The translations under genes and the position numbers were made by a program. The notes below the pieces were generated by a model, which was given only the letters and a program-made list of their open reading frames with translations, was not told where the DNA came from and made no database searches. A stretch of 64,000 nucleotides of DNA, taken from positions 64,001 through 128,000 of the forward strand of contig CAWKKR010000006.1 of NCBI GenBank assembly GCA_963850305.1, in the 5' to 3' direction. Numbering within the stretch: position 1 is the stretch's first letter; every line of letters starts with the position of its first letter. Positions 42,678-52,849 of this stretch are shown piece by piece. Origin of the DNA: an uncultured delta proteobacterium. Lineage in GTDB: Bacteria; Myxococcota_A; Polyangia; Polyangiales; Polyangiaceae.

Positions 42678-43130
42678 ATGCGCGCGATGTATCCGCGAAT
42701 CGCCTCCTGCTGGCTCGCCGGCTGGCTCGTCGCGTGTGGCGGCGGCTCTTCCGCGCCGGACCCGGACGCACCGACGTTCACCAACGTCTGGACGGAAGTG
42801 ATCCTCGCCAACCACTGCCAGTCGAGTGAATGTCATGGATCCGGGGCAGGGGGCCTCGTCATGACATCCCAGACGACGGCTTATTCGAATCTCGTCGGCA
42901 TCCAGGCTGCCGGGATGTGCCCGGAGGGTGGCGACGATCTGAGCTGCTCGTGCGGTGCGAGCGGCGAGACCCGCGTAGTCGCGGACCACCCCGAGCAGAG
43001 CTTGATCGTGGAAAAAATCAGCGGTGACCCCTCGTGCGGGACGCACATGCCGCCCACGGGCGCGCCGGTGACCGCCGAGCAGATCACGCTCGTCACGAAC
43101 TGGATCAGCGCCGGCGCAAAAAACGACTGA
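42678..43130 (+). CDS. Small lipoprotein, cytochrome c-like with CX4CH motif
   Basis: Lipobox LVAC, CQSSECH, distal MP, C-terminal WISAGAKND. Confidence 0.7.
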   Translation: MRAMYPRIASCWLAGWLVACGGGSSAPDPDAPTFTNVWTEVILANHCQSSECHGSGAGGLVMTSQTTAYSNLVGIQAAGMCPEGGDDLSCSCGASGETRVVADHPEQSLIVEKISGDPSCGTHMPPTGAPVTAEQITLVTNWISAGAKND

Positions 43131-43212
43131 GCGTCGCGCCGCGACGGTTCGGACGAACGATTGTGCTCGGGGCGGGTTGACTCGCACGCGTTTCGTGTAG
43201 ACTCGCGCGCCC

Positions 43213-44121
43213 GTGCAACGCCTTTCGCAAACTGGTCTCCTCACCGCCGCGCTCCTCGTCGGGGCGTGTTCCCGGCAACCTCGCGCTCTCACTGCGTCGT
43301 CCGCGGGCGAGACCACGTACGCCCTTGGTTACGTCGATTCACTCGGCGCCACCCGCACCGAAGAGCAGGCTCTCGAGTCCCAGGTGGACACCGGCACGAC
43401 CGCCCTCCAGACGTATCCCGCCGCGCTCTCCACTCCGAGCTGGCGCGACGTGCTCGTCGTTTACGACGCGGCCGACGCCGCGGGCCGGTCGAGCGACTAC
43501 GTGGACGAAGTCGAGCGCGACAAGGCCGTTGCTCAGTTCTACGTCGAGGAGAAAGACGAGCTCGATCGCCGCGTGGGCGGCGCGGCGCAATATGCCGCCA
43601 AGCAGAAGAAGGACTGCGACGTCGAGCTCAGTGGCCCGATCAGCTACGCGCTCGGCAAGGCGTTCGACGATCGCATCCGGGACCGCGTGCGCAAGCACAG
43701 CGACGCGTTCCTCTACATCGCGGACCACGAAGACGCGCTCGGCAAGAAGAACCGCAGCAAGCTGGAGGACCAGGCCGACGCGATCTCGCAGACCAGCTAC
43801 TCGGTGTACATCGCCGCCCCGGAGCTACACGAGCGCCTCGTCCGTCAAGCGAACGAAGCGTCGGACGTCGACCACACCCTCGCCCTCGTCGCCGATGACG
43901 CGCATCGCGTGGGGACGGACGACAAAGAGCCGCAGCCGATCCGCGCCCGCGCTGAGGCACGCGAGCAACAAGCGATTGCTGCGCGCCAGCGTCTCGCAGG
44001 CGAGGCCGCCGAGACGAAGAAACTCGCGGACGCCATGGCCGACCGCATCAAGCAGATGCACGACAAGTACGAGGCCGCATACAAGGCCCTGCGCCAGGAC
44101 GTTCAAGCCCGCGCCAAGTGA
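43213..44121 (+). CDS. Alpha-helical/coiled-coil lipoprotein
   Basis: Lipobox VGAC, charged helical sequence, typical codon usage. Confidence 0.65.
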   Translation: MQRLSQTGLLTAALLVGACSRQPRALTASSAGETTYALGYVDSLGATRTEEQALESQVDTGTTALQTYPAALSTPSWRDVLVVYDAADAAGRSSDYVDEVERDKAVAQFYVEEKDELDRRVGGAAQYAAKQKKDCDVELSGPISYALGKAFDDRIRDRVRKHSDAFLYIADHEDALGKKNRSKLEDQADAISQTSYSVYIAAPELHERLVRQANEASDVDHTLALVADDAHRVGTDDKEPQPIRARAEAREQQAIAARQRLAGEAAETKKLADAMADRIKQMHDKYEAAYKALRQDVQARAK

Positions 44122-44211
44122 GCGGAGCCAGCCCGCGCTGCCCCCCATCGTCCGTCCTCGCTCGCTCGCGCTCGCTGCGGGCGGCCGGTTCCCCGCCAAA
44201 TCGCGGCGCGC

Positions 44212-44388
44212 CGCCGCGCCGCTCAGGGGGGAACTCCGATCGGCAGCAAAGCGACGGGCGGATCGGCGTGGAGTGAATCACGGCGTGACTTGAAACGCCG
44301 CGCCGCTCAGGGGGAACTCCGATCGGAGACAGAGCGACGGCAAGATCGGCGTGGAGTGAATCACGGCGTGACTTGAAACGCCGCGCCG
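44212..44388. repeat. About 83-bp direct repeat (2 units plus a partial) that duplicates the 3' end of the adjacent gene
   Basis: Units 44212-44295 and 44296-44378 are identical except for one G-run and a 17-nt central segment. Confidence 0.85.
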
Positions 44389-46137
44389 GAGGCGCCCGTG
44401 GAGCCGTTGGGCGCGGGGTTGGTCCCGGGCGCGCCGAGCAGCGAGCCGCCCGGACCCGCGGCGCCGCCCGATCCGAGCGTCGGGGACGGCGGATTCACGG
44501 ATGTCGGGGCCGTGCCATGGAACACGACGGCATACGACGGACCGCCCGTGCCGCCGGAGCCCGCGCCGGCGTTGCCGCCGTTGCCTCCGCTCCCGCCATT
44601 GCCCCCGCGCCCGATCCCCATGCCTGCACTCCCGTCGCCGCCGCCGGCACCCAACTTGCCGTTACCTCCCGCGCCCGCGCGGCCGCCTTTGCCGCCGTCG
44701 CCGCCCTTGGCGGTGGTGATGGCGACGTTGTTCAGCGTGAGCCCGCTGTCCCAGACGAGGATGCCGACGGAGGCGCCGCCGCCCTTGCCGGCAGAGCCGA
44801 GCGTACCGCCGCAGCCGCCCATGCCGCCCGCGCCGCCGCTGGCGCCGACACAGCCGCTCTGACCGGCGCTCGCGCCGCCCCCGCCGCCACCCTGTCCGGC
44901 GTGCCCGCTCGTGCCGGCGTTGCCATCCGCGGGCACGAAGCCACTCGCCGTGAACGTGCCGGCGCTCGCCGCCGCGCCGCCGACAGAGCCGGCCGCGCCG
45001 GACGCGCCGTCCGTGCCGGCACCGCCGGGGTCTCCGACGTTCGAGGAGCCTGAGCCGCCATTCACGCTGTCCGGGATCGGTCGTGTCGGTGCTGGGTGAG
45101 CCCGAGACTCCGTCGGAGCCACTCGAGTTCCGGTTCGCCGTGCCGCCGTTGCCGCCGAGCGACCCGCACGCACTGTTGGCGCTCCAAGAGCCACCGTTGA
45201 GGAACGACGGCGCGTTGGTGCAGTTGGCCGCGGCGCCGCTCTGCGCGCCGGTGACGTCGGCGCCGTCGGCGCCGGCAGTGCCGTCTTGGCCATCGGCGCC
45301 CTTGGCGGCGTTGCCGGCGGTGACGACGGAGTCCTGGAGCGTGACGTTGGTGGAGGCATTGATGATCGCGGCGATGCTCGACGCGCCGGCGACCCTGGCG
45401 TCATTGACGAGGAAGTCCACGTCCTGGAAGGTGAGGGGTGCGGTCACCTGGTCGAGCGTGAGCGCCGCGCCCGACGCGGGCGCAACCAGGGCGTGGTGCG
45501 GGTTCGTCTTCCACGAGCCGTCTCGATCACATTCGAAGCCGCCGAACAGATGGACGCCCGCAGCCGCAACGTCGGTCGCGCCGAGGGTGACGGGGGCCGT
45601 GTAGTCTCCACTCGTCGCGCAGACGATGACGCGGGTGAGGCCAATCTGCCGCGCGATGGCAATGCCGGCGTCGATGGTGGGCGCGGGGTTCGCCATGGTG
45701 CCCGTGCCGGTGGGTTGCCCGTTCGCAACGAAGACGGCGTAGTCGTCCGAGACGAGACAGGGTTCGACGTCCGGAGTGCTCGTGGGGTCGCACCGGGGGC
45801 CCGTGTCCCGACCGGCATCGCTCGCGCCGCCGTTACTGGCGCCCGAACTTCCGCCGTTGCCTGACGCTCCTGCGCCGCCGGCTCCGCTGCTGCCGCCGGT
45901 GTCCGCGCCGCTCGCCCCGCTGTTGCCGCCTGTGGCGCCCGTCCCCGAGCCGCCCGCGCCGCCGTTATTGGCCGTGCCGCCGCTGGAACCCGTCCCGGCG
46001 TCCTGGCCGCCGGTGGAGGGCATGGCGCCCTCGGCGCAGGTGAGTGTCTCCGAGCAGGTCGAGGAGGTCGCGCCGCAGGCCGATCCGAGGACGCCGGAAC
46101 CCACCGCAACAAAGGTTAACCAACCAACAATTCTCAT
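44361..46137 (-). CDS. Gly-rich (PGRS-like) secreted lipoprotein; apparent frameshift near 45075
   Basis: Lipobox GSAC, AVFVA..GTGT..P..TI..GI motif, LFGGF.C..W, then GGxGG repeats continuing in a second frame. Confidence 0.7.
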
Positions 46138-46485
46138 GGCTCGAAGCCCCCTGACGCTCGTTGAAGACGAACCCGACTCGCTGTGCAGACGCGGCTCCTA
46201 TAACCCGGTTCGCGGCGCTGACCAAACCGCGTGACGGACGTGTGGACATGACTCTCGGGCCGAAACTGGCTCTGCCGGCTGTGACGTCGCGCTCGGGTTC
46301 TGGTGCTCGGTCCGTCCGTATCGTGTCGATCGCTGGCGAGCGCGGGTTGCGGAAAAAGCGCGCGCTCGCCCCCTTGAGGAGCCAGGGCTTGAAAACGCTA
46401 GTACCGATCGGTACCGGAAATGAGATAGGCTCATCTCGCCCAAGCGACCCGCTGGGCGTTGCTCAATTTGGAAGGTGAACGCTTC

Positions 46486-47952
46486 ATGACTTCGGCCAGG
46501 TTTCCGGGGAGTGGCCCCGCGCTGTCGGCATGTTTGATGGGCCTTTTGGTGGCCGCTGGGTGCAGCAGTTCAAAGAAGGCCACCAAGATCATCGTCGACT
46601 CTGGCCCGGCGGGACCAAGCGCCAACGATGACTGGACGATGTACGGCTATGACGAGGGGTCGACCTATTTCAACAAGGCGGAGACGCTGATCTCCACCAC
46701 GACTGCCCCGAAGCTGGACAAGGCGTGGGTCTACGATACCGGCGTCGGCGTCACCGCCACTCCGGTGATTTCGGGGGGCCGCGTCTACGTCGACGCCAAC
46801 GGGGGTGGGGTCATCGCGCTCGATCTCGCGACGGGCACAGAGATATGGAGCACGCAGTCGTTTTATGACGCCTCGAGCCCGGCTCCGAGCGGAAGCTCTT
46901 CGCTCGCGCTCGATAATGGCGTGCTGTACCTGCACGACTTGGGGGGCACCGTTCGAGCCCTGGATGCAAGCGACGGTCATCAGCTCTGGGCCTACAAGAC
47001 CGACACGGATCCGAGCCTCGTCGGTTTCTCGTCGCCCATCGTCACCTCCAAGTACGTCATCATCGGCGGCTCCACGCTCGAGGAACTGGGGACGGGTCCC
47101 TACAAGTTTCGCGGCTTCGTGGAGGCGCTCAACAAGGACGGCACGCTCGCCTGGAAGAAGTACACCGTGGACGGCGGGGCCCACGGTGCCACCCTCTGGT
47201 CGAGCGTTGCGGTCGATGAGTCGCTCGGCATGGTCATAGCCGGGACCGGGAATAACCATGGCCCGCCCGCGACGGACACGTCCGACGCGTTCCTCGCCAT
47301 GCCGCTCGACGGCGATCCCGCGGACGGGGGGACGCTTCTGTGGAAGCAGCAGATCTTCGCGGGGGATACGTGGGCGCTCGCGTCGCTCGCCTCTCCAGAC
47401 GACGACTTCGGGGCAAATCCCGTCATGTTCGACTACGCCTCGGAGGGAGGGATCCGGAAGCTCGTGGCCGGTGGCAACAAGGGAGCCGACTTCTGGGTGC
47501 TCGACCGGACGCAGGGCACCGTTATCCAGAAGCGGCACCTCGACGGCACCGGTTCGGCGTCGCAAGGGGGCGTTTTCGTCGCAGTGGCGTGGGACGGCAA
47601 GCGTCTTCTCACGGCCTGCAACGGAGCGAGCATCACCGCAGGCGGCGAGAGCCTGACGTCGACGGTCCTCTACGCGCTCGATCCTCTGACGCTCGACATC
47701 GTCTGGCAGCGGCAGGTCGTCGGGCCCGTCTACAGCCCGATTTCCGTCGCGAACGGGGTTGGCTTCTTCGGACAGGACACAACGCTGCAGGCGTTCGACA
47801 CCGCCACGGGCGCGGTGCTCAAGGAGTATCCGACCGACGGGACGATTGCGACGGCGCCGGCCGTTTCAAACGGCTACGTCGTTTTCGGGAGCGGCATGAG
47901 CTGGAATAAAGCGACGGCAGGAACCAAGTACTACGCCTTGAAGGTGCCATGA
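46486..47952 (+). CDS. PQQ-type beta-propeller lipoprotein (polyvinyl-alcohol-dehydrogenase-like)
   Basis: Lipobox AAGC, DWTMYG, repeated ALD..TG..W docking motifs, WSSVAVD..GTGN, DDDFGANP. Confidence 0.75.
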   Translation: MTSARFPGSGPALSACLMGLLVAAGCSSSKKATKIIVDSGPAGPSANDDWTMYGYDEGSTYFNKAETLISTTTAPKLDKAWVYDTGVGVTATPVISGGRVYVDANGGGVIALDLATGTEIWSTQSFYDASSPAPSGSSSLALDNGVLYLHDLGGTVRALDASDGHQLWAYKTDTDPSLVGFSSPIVTSKYVIIGGSTLEELGTGPYKFRGFVEALNKDGTLAWKKYTVDGGAHGATLWSSVAVDESLGMVIAGTGNNHGPPATDTSDAFLAMPLDGDPADGGTLLWKQQIFAGDTWALASLASPDDDFGANPVMFDYASEGGIRKLVAGGNKGADFWVLDRTQGTVIQKRHLDGTGSASQGGVFVAVAWDGKRLLTACNGASITAGGESLTSTVLYALDPLTLDIVWQRQVVGPVYSPISVANGVGFFGQDTTLQAFDTATGAVLKEYPTDGTIATAPAVSNGYVVFGSGMSWNKATAGTKYYALKVP

Positions 47953-48401
47953 GCCGCTGGCGCGGTTTCGGTTCCCTGCTGGCTGTTCTGGCGACCGTCG
48001 GGTGCGGATCGAGCGGCTCGGGGAAGCCAGCCACGCTCGACCCGACCTTCACGAACGTCGTCGCGAACGTCATCACGGTCAAAAATTGCGGTGGGCCGCT
48101 GTGTCACACTGCCATCGGGACGATGTCCGCCGGCGGCATGATCCTCGGGACCAAGGCGCAGCTCTATGCGCAGCTGGTGAACGTCCATGCTGACGGCACG
48201 CTGTGCGGCACCACCGCGGACGGCGGTCCCACTTCGTACATCCGCGTCGTCCCTGGAAACCCCGACGAGAGTTTGCTGTATCTGAAGCTGAATCAAGAGC
48301 CCCCGTGCGGTAACGCGATGCCGGGAAGCGGCACGCCACTGAGCCAGGATCTCATCACGCTCGTGCACGACTGGATCGCCGCGGGTGCTCAGAACGACTG
48401 A
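47949..48401 (+). CDS. Small lipoprotein, cytochrome c-like with CX4CH motif (paralog of 42678..43130)
   Basis: Lipobox TVGC, PTFTNV, CGGPLCH, VVPGNPDESLLY.KL, MP, WIAAGAQND; ATGA overlap with the propeller gene. Confidence 0.72.
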   Translation: MSRWRGFGSLLAVLATVGCGSSGSGKPATLDPTFTNVVANVITVKNCGGPLCHTAIGTMSAGGMILGTKAQLYAQLVNVHADGTLCGTTADGGPTSYIRVVPGNPDESLLYLKLNQEPPCGNAMPGSGTPLSQDLITLVHDWIAAGAQND

Positions 48402-48936
48402 TTGGCGTGCGGGGTTCGCCGCCCTGGCGATCTTCGTCGGCACCGCGGGTTGTCGCGCGCGACCGCCGCCTCTGGATTCGTTCGAGGTGAAGCTCGATGC
48501 GACGCCCAAGAAAGGCGCCCCGTCGACGCCGCCGGATCCCGTGCTGCGTCCGTGGCGCGTCTGGATCGTCCAGCAATACCCCCTGCAGAAGAAAACCCCG
48601 CACTGGGAGACCTTCGCCGCGCGCGACGGCCGCCTGCTCGACCTCGCCCCGGACGGCAACTGGCGCTGCCTCGTGACCCCCGTGAGGCTCCTGGGAAAAA
48701 TCAACGACCACCAGCGCGTGGGGACGTGGATCGCGACGCGCGCCGTGCGGTGTTCCTCCGACGGATGGCGCACGAGCGCCGAAGCGCGCGTCCGGGCCGC
48801 CTTCGACCCGGACGGCGTGCCCGGTCCTCTGGACCCGAGCGCGCCGCTCTTCCTGAACGACGTCGTGAACGGCGAACCGCGCCTCACCATCGTGGTGCTC
48901 GAGGGCGCGAAGCCCGCGCGACAGCCCGAGGACTGA
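48385..48936 (+). CDS. Hypothetical lipoprotein
   Basis: Hydrophobic leader with TAGC; contiguous with the upstream operon; start uncertain. Confidence 0.55.
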   Translation: MLRTTDWRAGFAALAIFVGTAGCRARPPPLDSFEVKLDATPKKGAPSTPPDPVLRPWRVWIVQQYPLQKKTPHWETFAARDGRLLDLAPDGNWRCLVTPVRLLGKINDHQRVGTWIATRAVRCSSDGWRTSAEARVRAAFDPDGVPGPLDPSAPLFLNDVVNGEPRLTIVVLEGAKPARQPED

Positions 48937-49009
48937 GGTTTGCCTAGAATCCGGAGTTAAGTTTGGCCGGTAAACCTTTGTAATGACGGGGCTAGTGACT
49001 GCGAGGCTG

Positions 49010-49282
49010 TCACTGCTCGAGGCGGGCGAAGAGGGCGTCGAACTGGTCCCGGTTCTCGAGCGCGTAGCGCACGGCCGCGTCGGCAGCTTCGACCCGTAGC
49101 TCACCGTCCGCGGACGCTGTTGCGCCGACGGGGAACCGCTCCACCGAGACTGCGTCGTACCCGGTCATGCGGCAAACGAAGATGCCGCCCGTGTCTTCGA
49201 GAGCCGGATCTTCCACCACGACGCGGACGATGACCGCACTGCCGTCGATTTCCGGCTCGCCCGCGACGAAAGTAGAGCGCAT
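49010..49282 (-). CDS. Hypothetical protein (90 aa)
   Basis: ATG start, globular-looking composition, no recognisable motif. Confidence 0.4.
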   Translation of the reverse strand: MRSTFVAGEPEIDGSAVIVRVVVEDPALEDTGGIFVCRMTGYDAVSVERFPVGATASADGELRVEAADAAVRYALENRDQFDALFARLEQ

Positions 49283-49435
49283 CGGACGAGCTTAGTCGAT
49301 CAGCGAAGCCGGGGCGAAGGGCGAAGGCGAAGGGCCACTGTCAATCGGTGACCGGTCGAGCGCGGGTCCGGTTGGCGATGCGGGGGTCGGTTCCGGGCGC
49401 GGGAGCGGGTTCGGGGGGGCCTTGCGCTCTGTGCG

Positions 49436-49690
49436 CCCGAGCTCGTCCAAGCTCGATCCGGCTCTCGTCGAGCCATCCCGAGCTCGTCCAAGCTCGAATC
49501 CGGCTCTCGTCGAGCCATCCCGAGCTCAATCGAGCGCTCTGCCACCCAGATGAGCCGTCGCGATGCTCAATCGAGCGTCGCACGACTCGATTCGAGCCGC
49601 GCCGAGCTCAATCGAGCGACGCATTACCTCGATTCGAGCAATGCTGAGCTCACCGAAGCACCGTCTCGCCTCGGTTCGAGCCGGCGGGGG
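49436..49690. repeat. Degenerate 21-bp-period tandem repeat (about 12 units, with a 41/42-bp near-exact dimer)
   Basis: CCCGAGCTCGTCCAAGCTCGA(A)TCCGGCTCTCGTCGAGCCAT twice, then GAGCTCAATCGAGCG / CTCGATTCGAGC variants at about 21-bp spacing. Confidence 0.7.
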
Positions 49691-49879
49691 CACAGACGAG
49701 CTTTTTTTCGCTCGCGACGAGCCGCGCGATGCAGGCGTGAGCCCGTGGACGCGCTCGACGAGCAAACCGAGCACACGCATGCGCTGTCGTGGATGTCCCG
49801 CACCCGCGATGCGCTGTCGATGCACGGAACCGCTGAACAAAAACAACTCCTTTCGTGTTGGTATAGATTAGCTGCTGCG

Positions 49880-51367
49880 ATGTCCTTGGAGGGCCTTACC
49901 GAACCCGTCGACCCGCTCGTCGCGCGGGCGCGACAGCGCATCGGCAGTGTGCTCAAGGAGAAGTGGCGCCTCGACGTGCTGCTCGGCGTCGGCGGCATGG
50001 CGGCCGTCTACGCGGCCACGCACCGCAACGGCAGTCGCGTCGCCATCAAGATCCTCCACCCGGAGCTGAGCGTCAGCGCCGACGTTCGCACGCGCTTCAT
50101 GCGCGAGGGATATGCCGCCAACGCCGTCGGTCACGACGGAGTCGTGCGCGTCTCCGACGACGACGTTGCAGAGGACGGAGCCGCATTCCTCGTCATGGAG
50201 CTCCTCGACGGTGAAACGCTTCAAGGCCGCTCGGAGCGACTCGGCGGGACGCTCTCCGAGGACGAAGTGCTCTCCGTCGCCGACCAGCTCCTCGACGTGC
50301 TCGTGGCCGCACATGCGAAGGGTATCGTTCACAGGGATCTCAAGCCCGAGAATATCTTCGTCACCCGCGATGGCCGGGTGAGGGTTCTCGACTTCGGCAT
50401 CGCGCGCCTCCGGGAGATGTCGGGCGCCAGCCACGCGACACGCACCGGTTACTCGATGGGCACGCCGGCATTCATGGCGCCCGAGCAGGCCCGTGCCTTG
50501 TGGGATCAAGTCGACGGACGGTCCGACATCTGGGCGGTGGGTGCCACGATGTTCGCGCTTCTTTCGGGCACGGAGGTTCATTCGGGGCGAACCCCCAACG
50601 AGGTTCTCATCGTGGCAGCGACGCAGCCCGCGCCGCCGCTCGCGTCGGTTTTACCGACGGTGAGCCCCGCAGTCGCGCGCGTCGTGGACAAGGCCGTCGC
50701 GTTCGAGCGCGAGCATAGGTGGCAAGATGCCGCGACGATGCAAGAAGCCGTGCGGTCCGCGTATCACGATTGGCACGGCACCCCGTTCCCCACGGCTTCG
50801 TCGCTCACGGTCCCGCCGACGGTCGTGAATCGGACCTTGGCTTCGGCGGCGGTGAGCGCCGTCTCACCCGGGGCACCGACGACGAACCGCGCGGTTTCGA
50901 CTTCTCATATCGGTGCGTCGCTCGCGTCTCTTGCTGCGCGCTTCTCACGCCGGAGCCCGATCGCCCTTGGCGTCGGTGGCGCCGTGGTCGTCGCTGCAAT
51001 CGTTGTTGGCGTGGTTGTCATGTCCAGCGGGAGCAAGGCCCCGGCGTCACCGGCAGCGGGGGCGACCACGATGGCCGCCGCGAGACTCGAGCCATCAGCC
51101 CCGAGAGCCGTGTCGAACTCGCAGGCAGCGCCGCCCGCGCCGTCGGTAGCTCCCAAACCGACCGCTGCGCCCGTTCTCGCGGTGACCGACCTGCCGGAGA
51201 CAGCTCCGGCGGTCACAACCGCGAAGCCGGCACCAAAGCCTCGAGTCCTGGTTCCCGCGCCTGCGACTCCGATGGCGACAACGGCGAAGAAAAAACCCGA
51301 CTGTAGCCCGCCGTACGTACTCGACCCCGTGACTGGGACGAAAAAATGGAAGCCAGCATGTTTCTAG
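49880..51367 (+). CDS. Membrane-anchored Hanks-type Ser/Thr protein kinase
   Basis: GVGGMAAVY, VAIK, HRDLKPEN, DFG, GTPAFMAPEQ, DIWAVG; TM segment, Pro/Ala linker, C-terminal CSPPYVLDPVTGTKKWKPACF. Confidence 0.93.
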   Translation: MSLEGLTEPVDPLVARARQRIGSVLKEKWRLDVLLGVGGMAAVYAATHRNGSRVAIKILHPELSVSADVRTRFMREGYAANAVGHDGVVRVSDDDVAEDGAAFLVMELLDGETLQGRSERLGGTLSEDEVLSVADQLLDVLVAAHAKGIVHRDLKPENIFVTRDGRVRVLDFGIARLREMSGASHATRTGYSMGTPAFMAPEQARALWDQVDGRSDIWAVGATMFALLSGTEVHSGRTPNEVLIVAATQPAPPLASVLPTVSPAVARVVDKAVAFEREHRWQDAATMQEAVRSAYHDWHGTPFPTASSLTVPPTVVNRTLASAAVSAVSPGAPTTNRAVSTSHIGASLASLAARFSRRSPIALGVGGAVVVAAIVVGVVVMSSGSKAPASPAAGATTMAAARLEPSAPRAVSNSQAAPPAPSVAPKPTAAPVLAVTDLPETAPAVTTAKPAPKPRVLVPAPATPMATTAKKKPDCSPPYVLDPVTGTKKWKPACF

Positions 51368-52239
51368 CAGCGCGAACCCGAACGGCGCTTCTCGCCGCCA
51401 CTGCGGTGATCGCGGCCAGATCCGCCGTCGCTGCCGAACCGGCACCGACGAAGGCGGAATGCATCGCTGCGAGCGAGTCTGGCCAGGACTTGCGCCACGC
51501 GGGGAAGCTCAACGATGCCCGCACGCAGTTCGCGGTCTGTGTGGCAGCGAGTTGCCCGGGACCGATCCGCGATGACTGTGCGCAACGCCTGCACGAGATC
51601 GGAAAGGCGATGCCCTCGTTCGTGTTCGACGTGAAGGACGCGGCGGGCAACGACGTGCCCGGTGTAGCGATCACGATGGACGGGGAGTCCGTTGCGGGCG
51701 CGGGCAACGCGGCCGGCACCGCGATCGAGGTCGACCCTGGCGAGCACACGTTCACCTTCGAAGCGGCGGGGCTGCCGAAGGTCGAGAAGCGACTCGTCAT
51801 CGCCGAGGGCGTGAAGCAACGGCGCGAGGTCGTCATCATGGCCCGCGACGAGACGGCGCAGACGGCGAACACGACATCATCGAGAACAGACGAAGCGCCC
51901 GAGCCATCGGCTCCCCTGCCGACTCTCGCCTGGGTGGCGTTCGGCGTCGGCGGTGCGGGGTTGCTGCTCGGCATGACTGCCGGTCTCGTCGCGGGAGCGA
52001 AGCACTCATCGCTCTCGAACGTCTGCAACGATACCGCCGGCACCTGCCCACCGGCGTACAGCGACGACCTCGACTCCTTCCACACGTGGCGAACGGTTTC
52101 GACCGTTGGTTACGTTGTCGGTTTGCTCGGCGTTGCGGGCGGCGCGACGCTCTGGCTGACGGCGCCGAAGGCGTCCAGCACCACGACGGCGCGCGTGTGG
52201 GTTGGCCCGGGGTCGGCGGGGATCGCGGGGAGGTTCTGA
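51346..52239 (+). CDS. Secreted PEGA-like domain protein
   Basis: Signal peptide, Cys-containing helical N-domain, ITMDG..IEVDPGEHTF, Gly-rich hydrophobic C-domain ending GRF. Confidence 0.75.
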   Translation: MEASMFLAARTRTALLAATAVIAARSAVAAEPAPTKAECIAASESGQDLRHAGKLNDARTQFAVCVAASCPGPIRDDCAQRLHEIGKAMPSFVFDVKDAAGNDVPGVAITMDGESVAGAGNAAGTAIEVDPGEHTFTFEAAGLPKVEKRLVIAEGVKQRREVVIMARDETAQTANTTSSRTDEAPEPSAPLPTLAWVAFGVGGAGLLLGMTAGLVAGAKHSSLSNVCNDTAGTCPPAYSDDLDSFHTWRTVSTVGYVVGLLGVAGGATLWLTAPKASSTTTARVWVGPGSAGIAGRF

Positions 52240-52674
52240 ATGCGGGTGTGGTTGCCCGTCGTACTGACGGTGCCCTTCGCGCTCGCGGGATGCCCGGCGG
52301 TGCTCTCTGATTGGAGCATCGCTCCCGATACCGGCGCGTTCGATGCCTCGATTGACGCCACGGGTCCCGCTGCCGGGGGCAGTTCCGGATCCGGCAGCGG
52401 AGACAGTGGCGGCTTATCGGGACCGAGTGGGGGCTCATCGTCGAGCAGCGTGGGCGGTGCAATTGGCTCGTTGGGCGGCCTGAACGGATTCGGGTGGCGG
52501 GCTCCACTTGTCGTCGGGGGCTCGGCAAGCGCTGGTGGCACGGCAACTGTCGACATGGACGGAGGCGAGGTCGTTTGTGGCGCCTCGCGGTGTCCCTCGT
52601 GCCTTGGAACAGCTTGCTGCACGACAGCCGGTTCGTGCGGCTGCCAGGCGTTCTTCATAGAGCCGTGCTCCTGA
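52240..52674 (+). CDS. Gly/Ser-rich lipoprotein with C-terminal 8-Cys module (cassette 1)
   Basis: MRVWLPVVLTVPFALAGC-PAVLSDW; C..CPSC..CC....CGC.......C. Confidence 0.7.
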   Translation: MRVWLPVVLTVPFALAGCPAVLSDWSIAPDTGAFDASIDATGPAAGGSSGSGSGDSGGLSGPSGGSSSSSVGGAIGSLGGLNGFGWRAPLVVGGSASAGGTATVDMDGGEVVCGASRCPSCLGTACCTTAGSCGCQAFFIEPCS

Positions 52675-52849
52675 ACCCGTCGATCCCGGCACGAACGGCT
52701 TTGAGACGAAACAACGTTATTGGAACTGACGAGCGACGACGATGAGCTACGCGGACTTGAAAACAGAAAGGGACGCCCGCGATTGCTCGCGCAGCTCGCG
52801 TCGATCGAATCCGAAGCACAAGCACGCAAGGGCGATGAAAGCGGCTTCT

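Noticed and set aside
44260..44380. Mini-CRISPR, because the repeat ends in TTGAAAC
   Set aside because: The intervening sequences are mostly identical, the repeat includes the coding end of a gene, and there are no cas genes.
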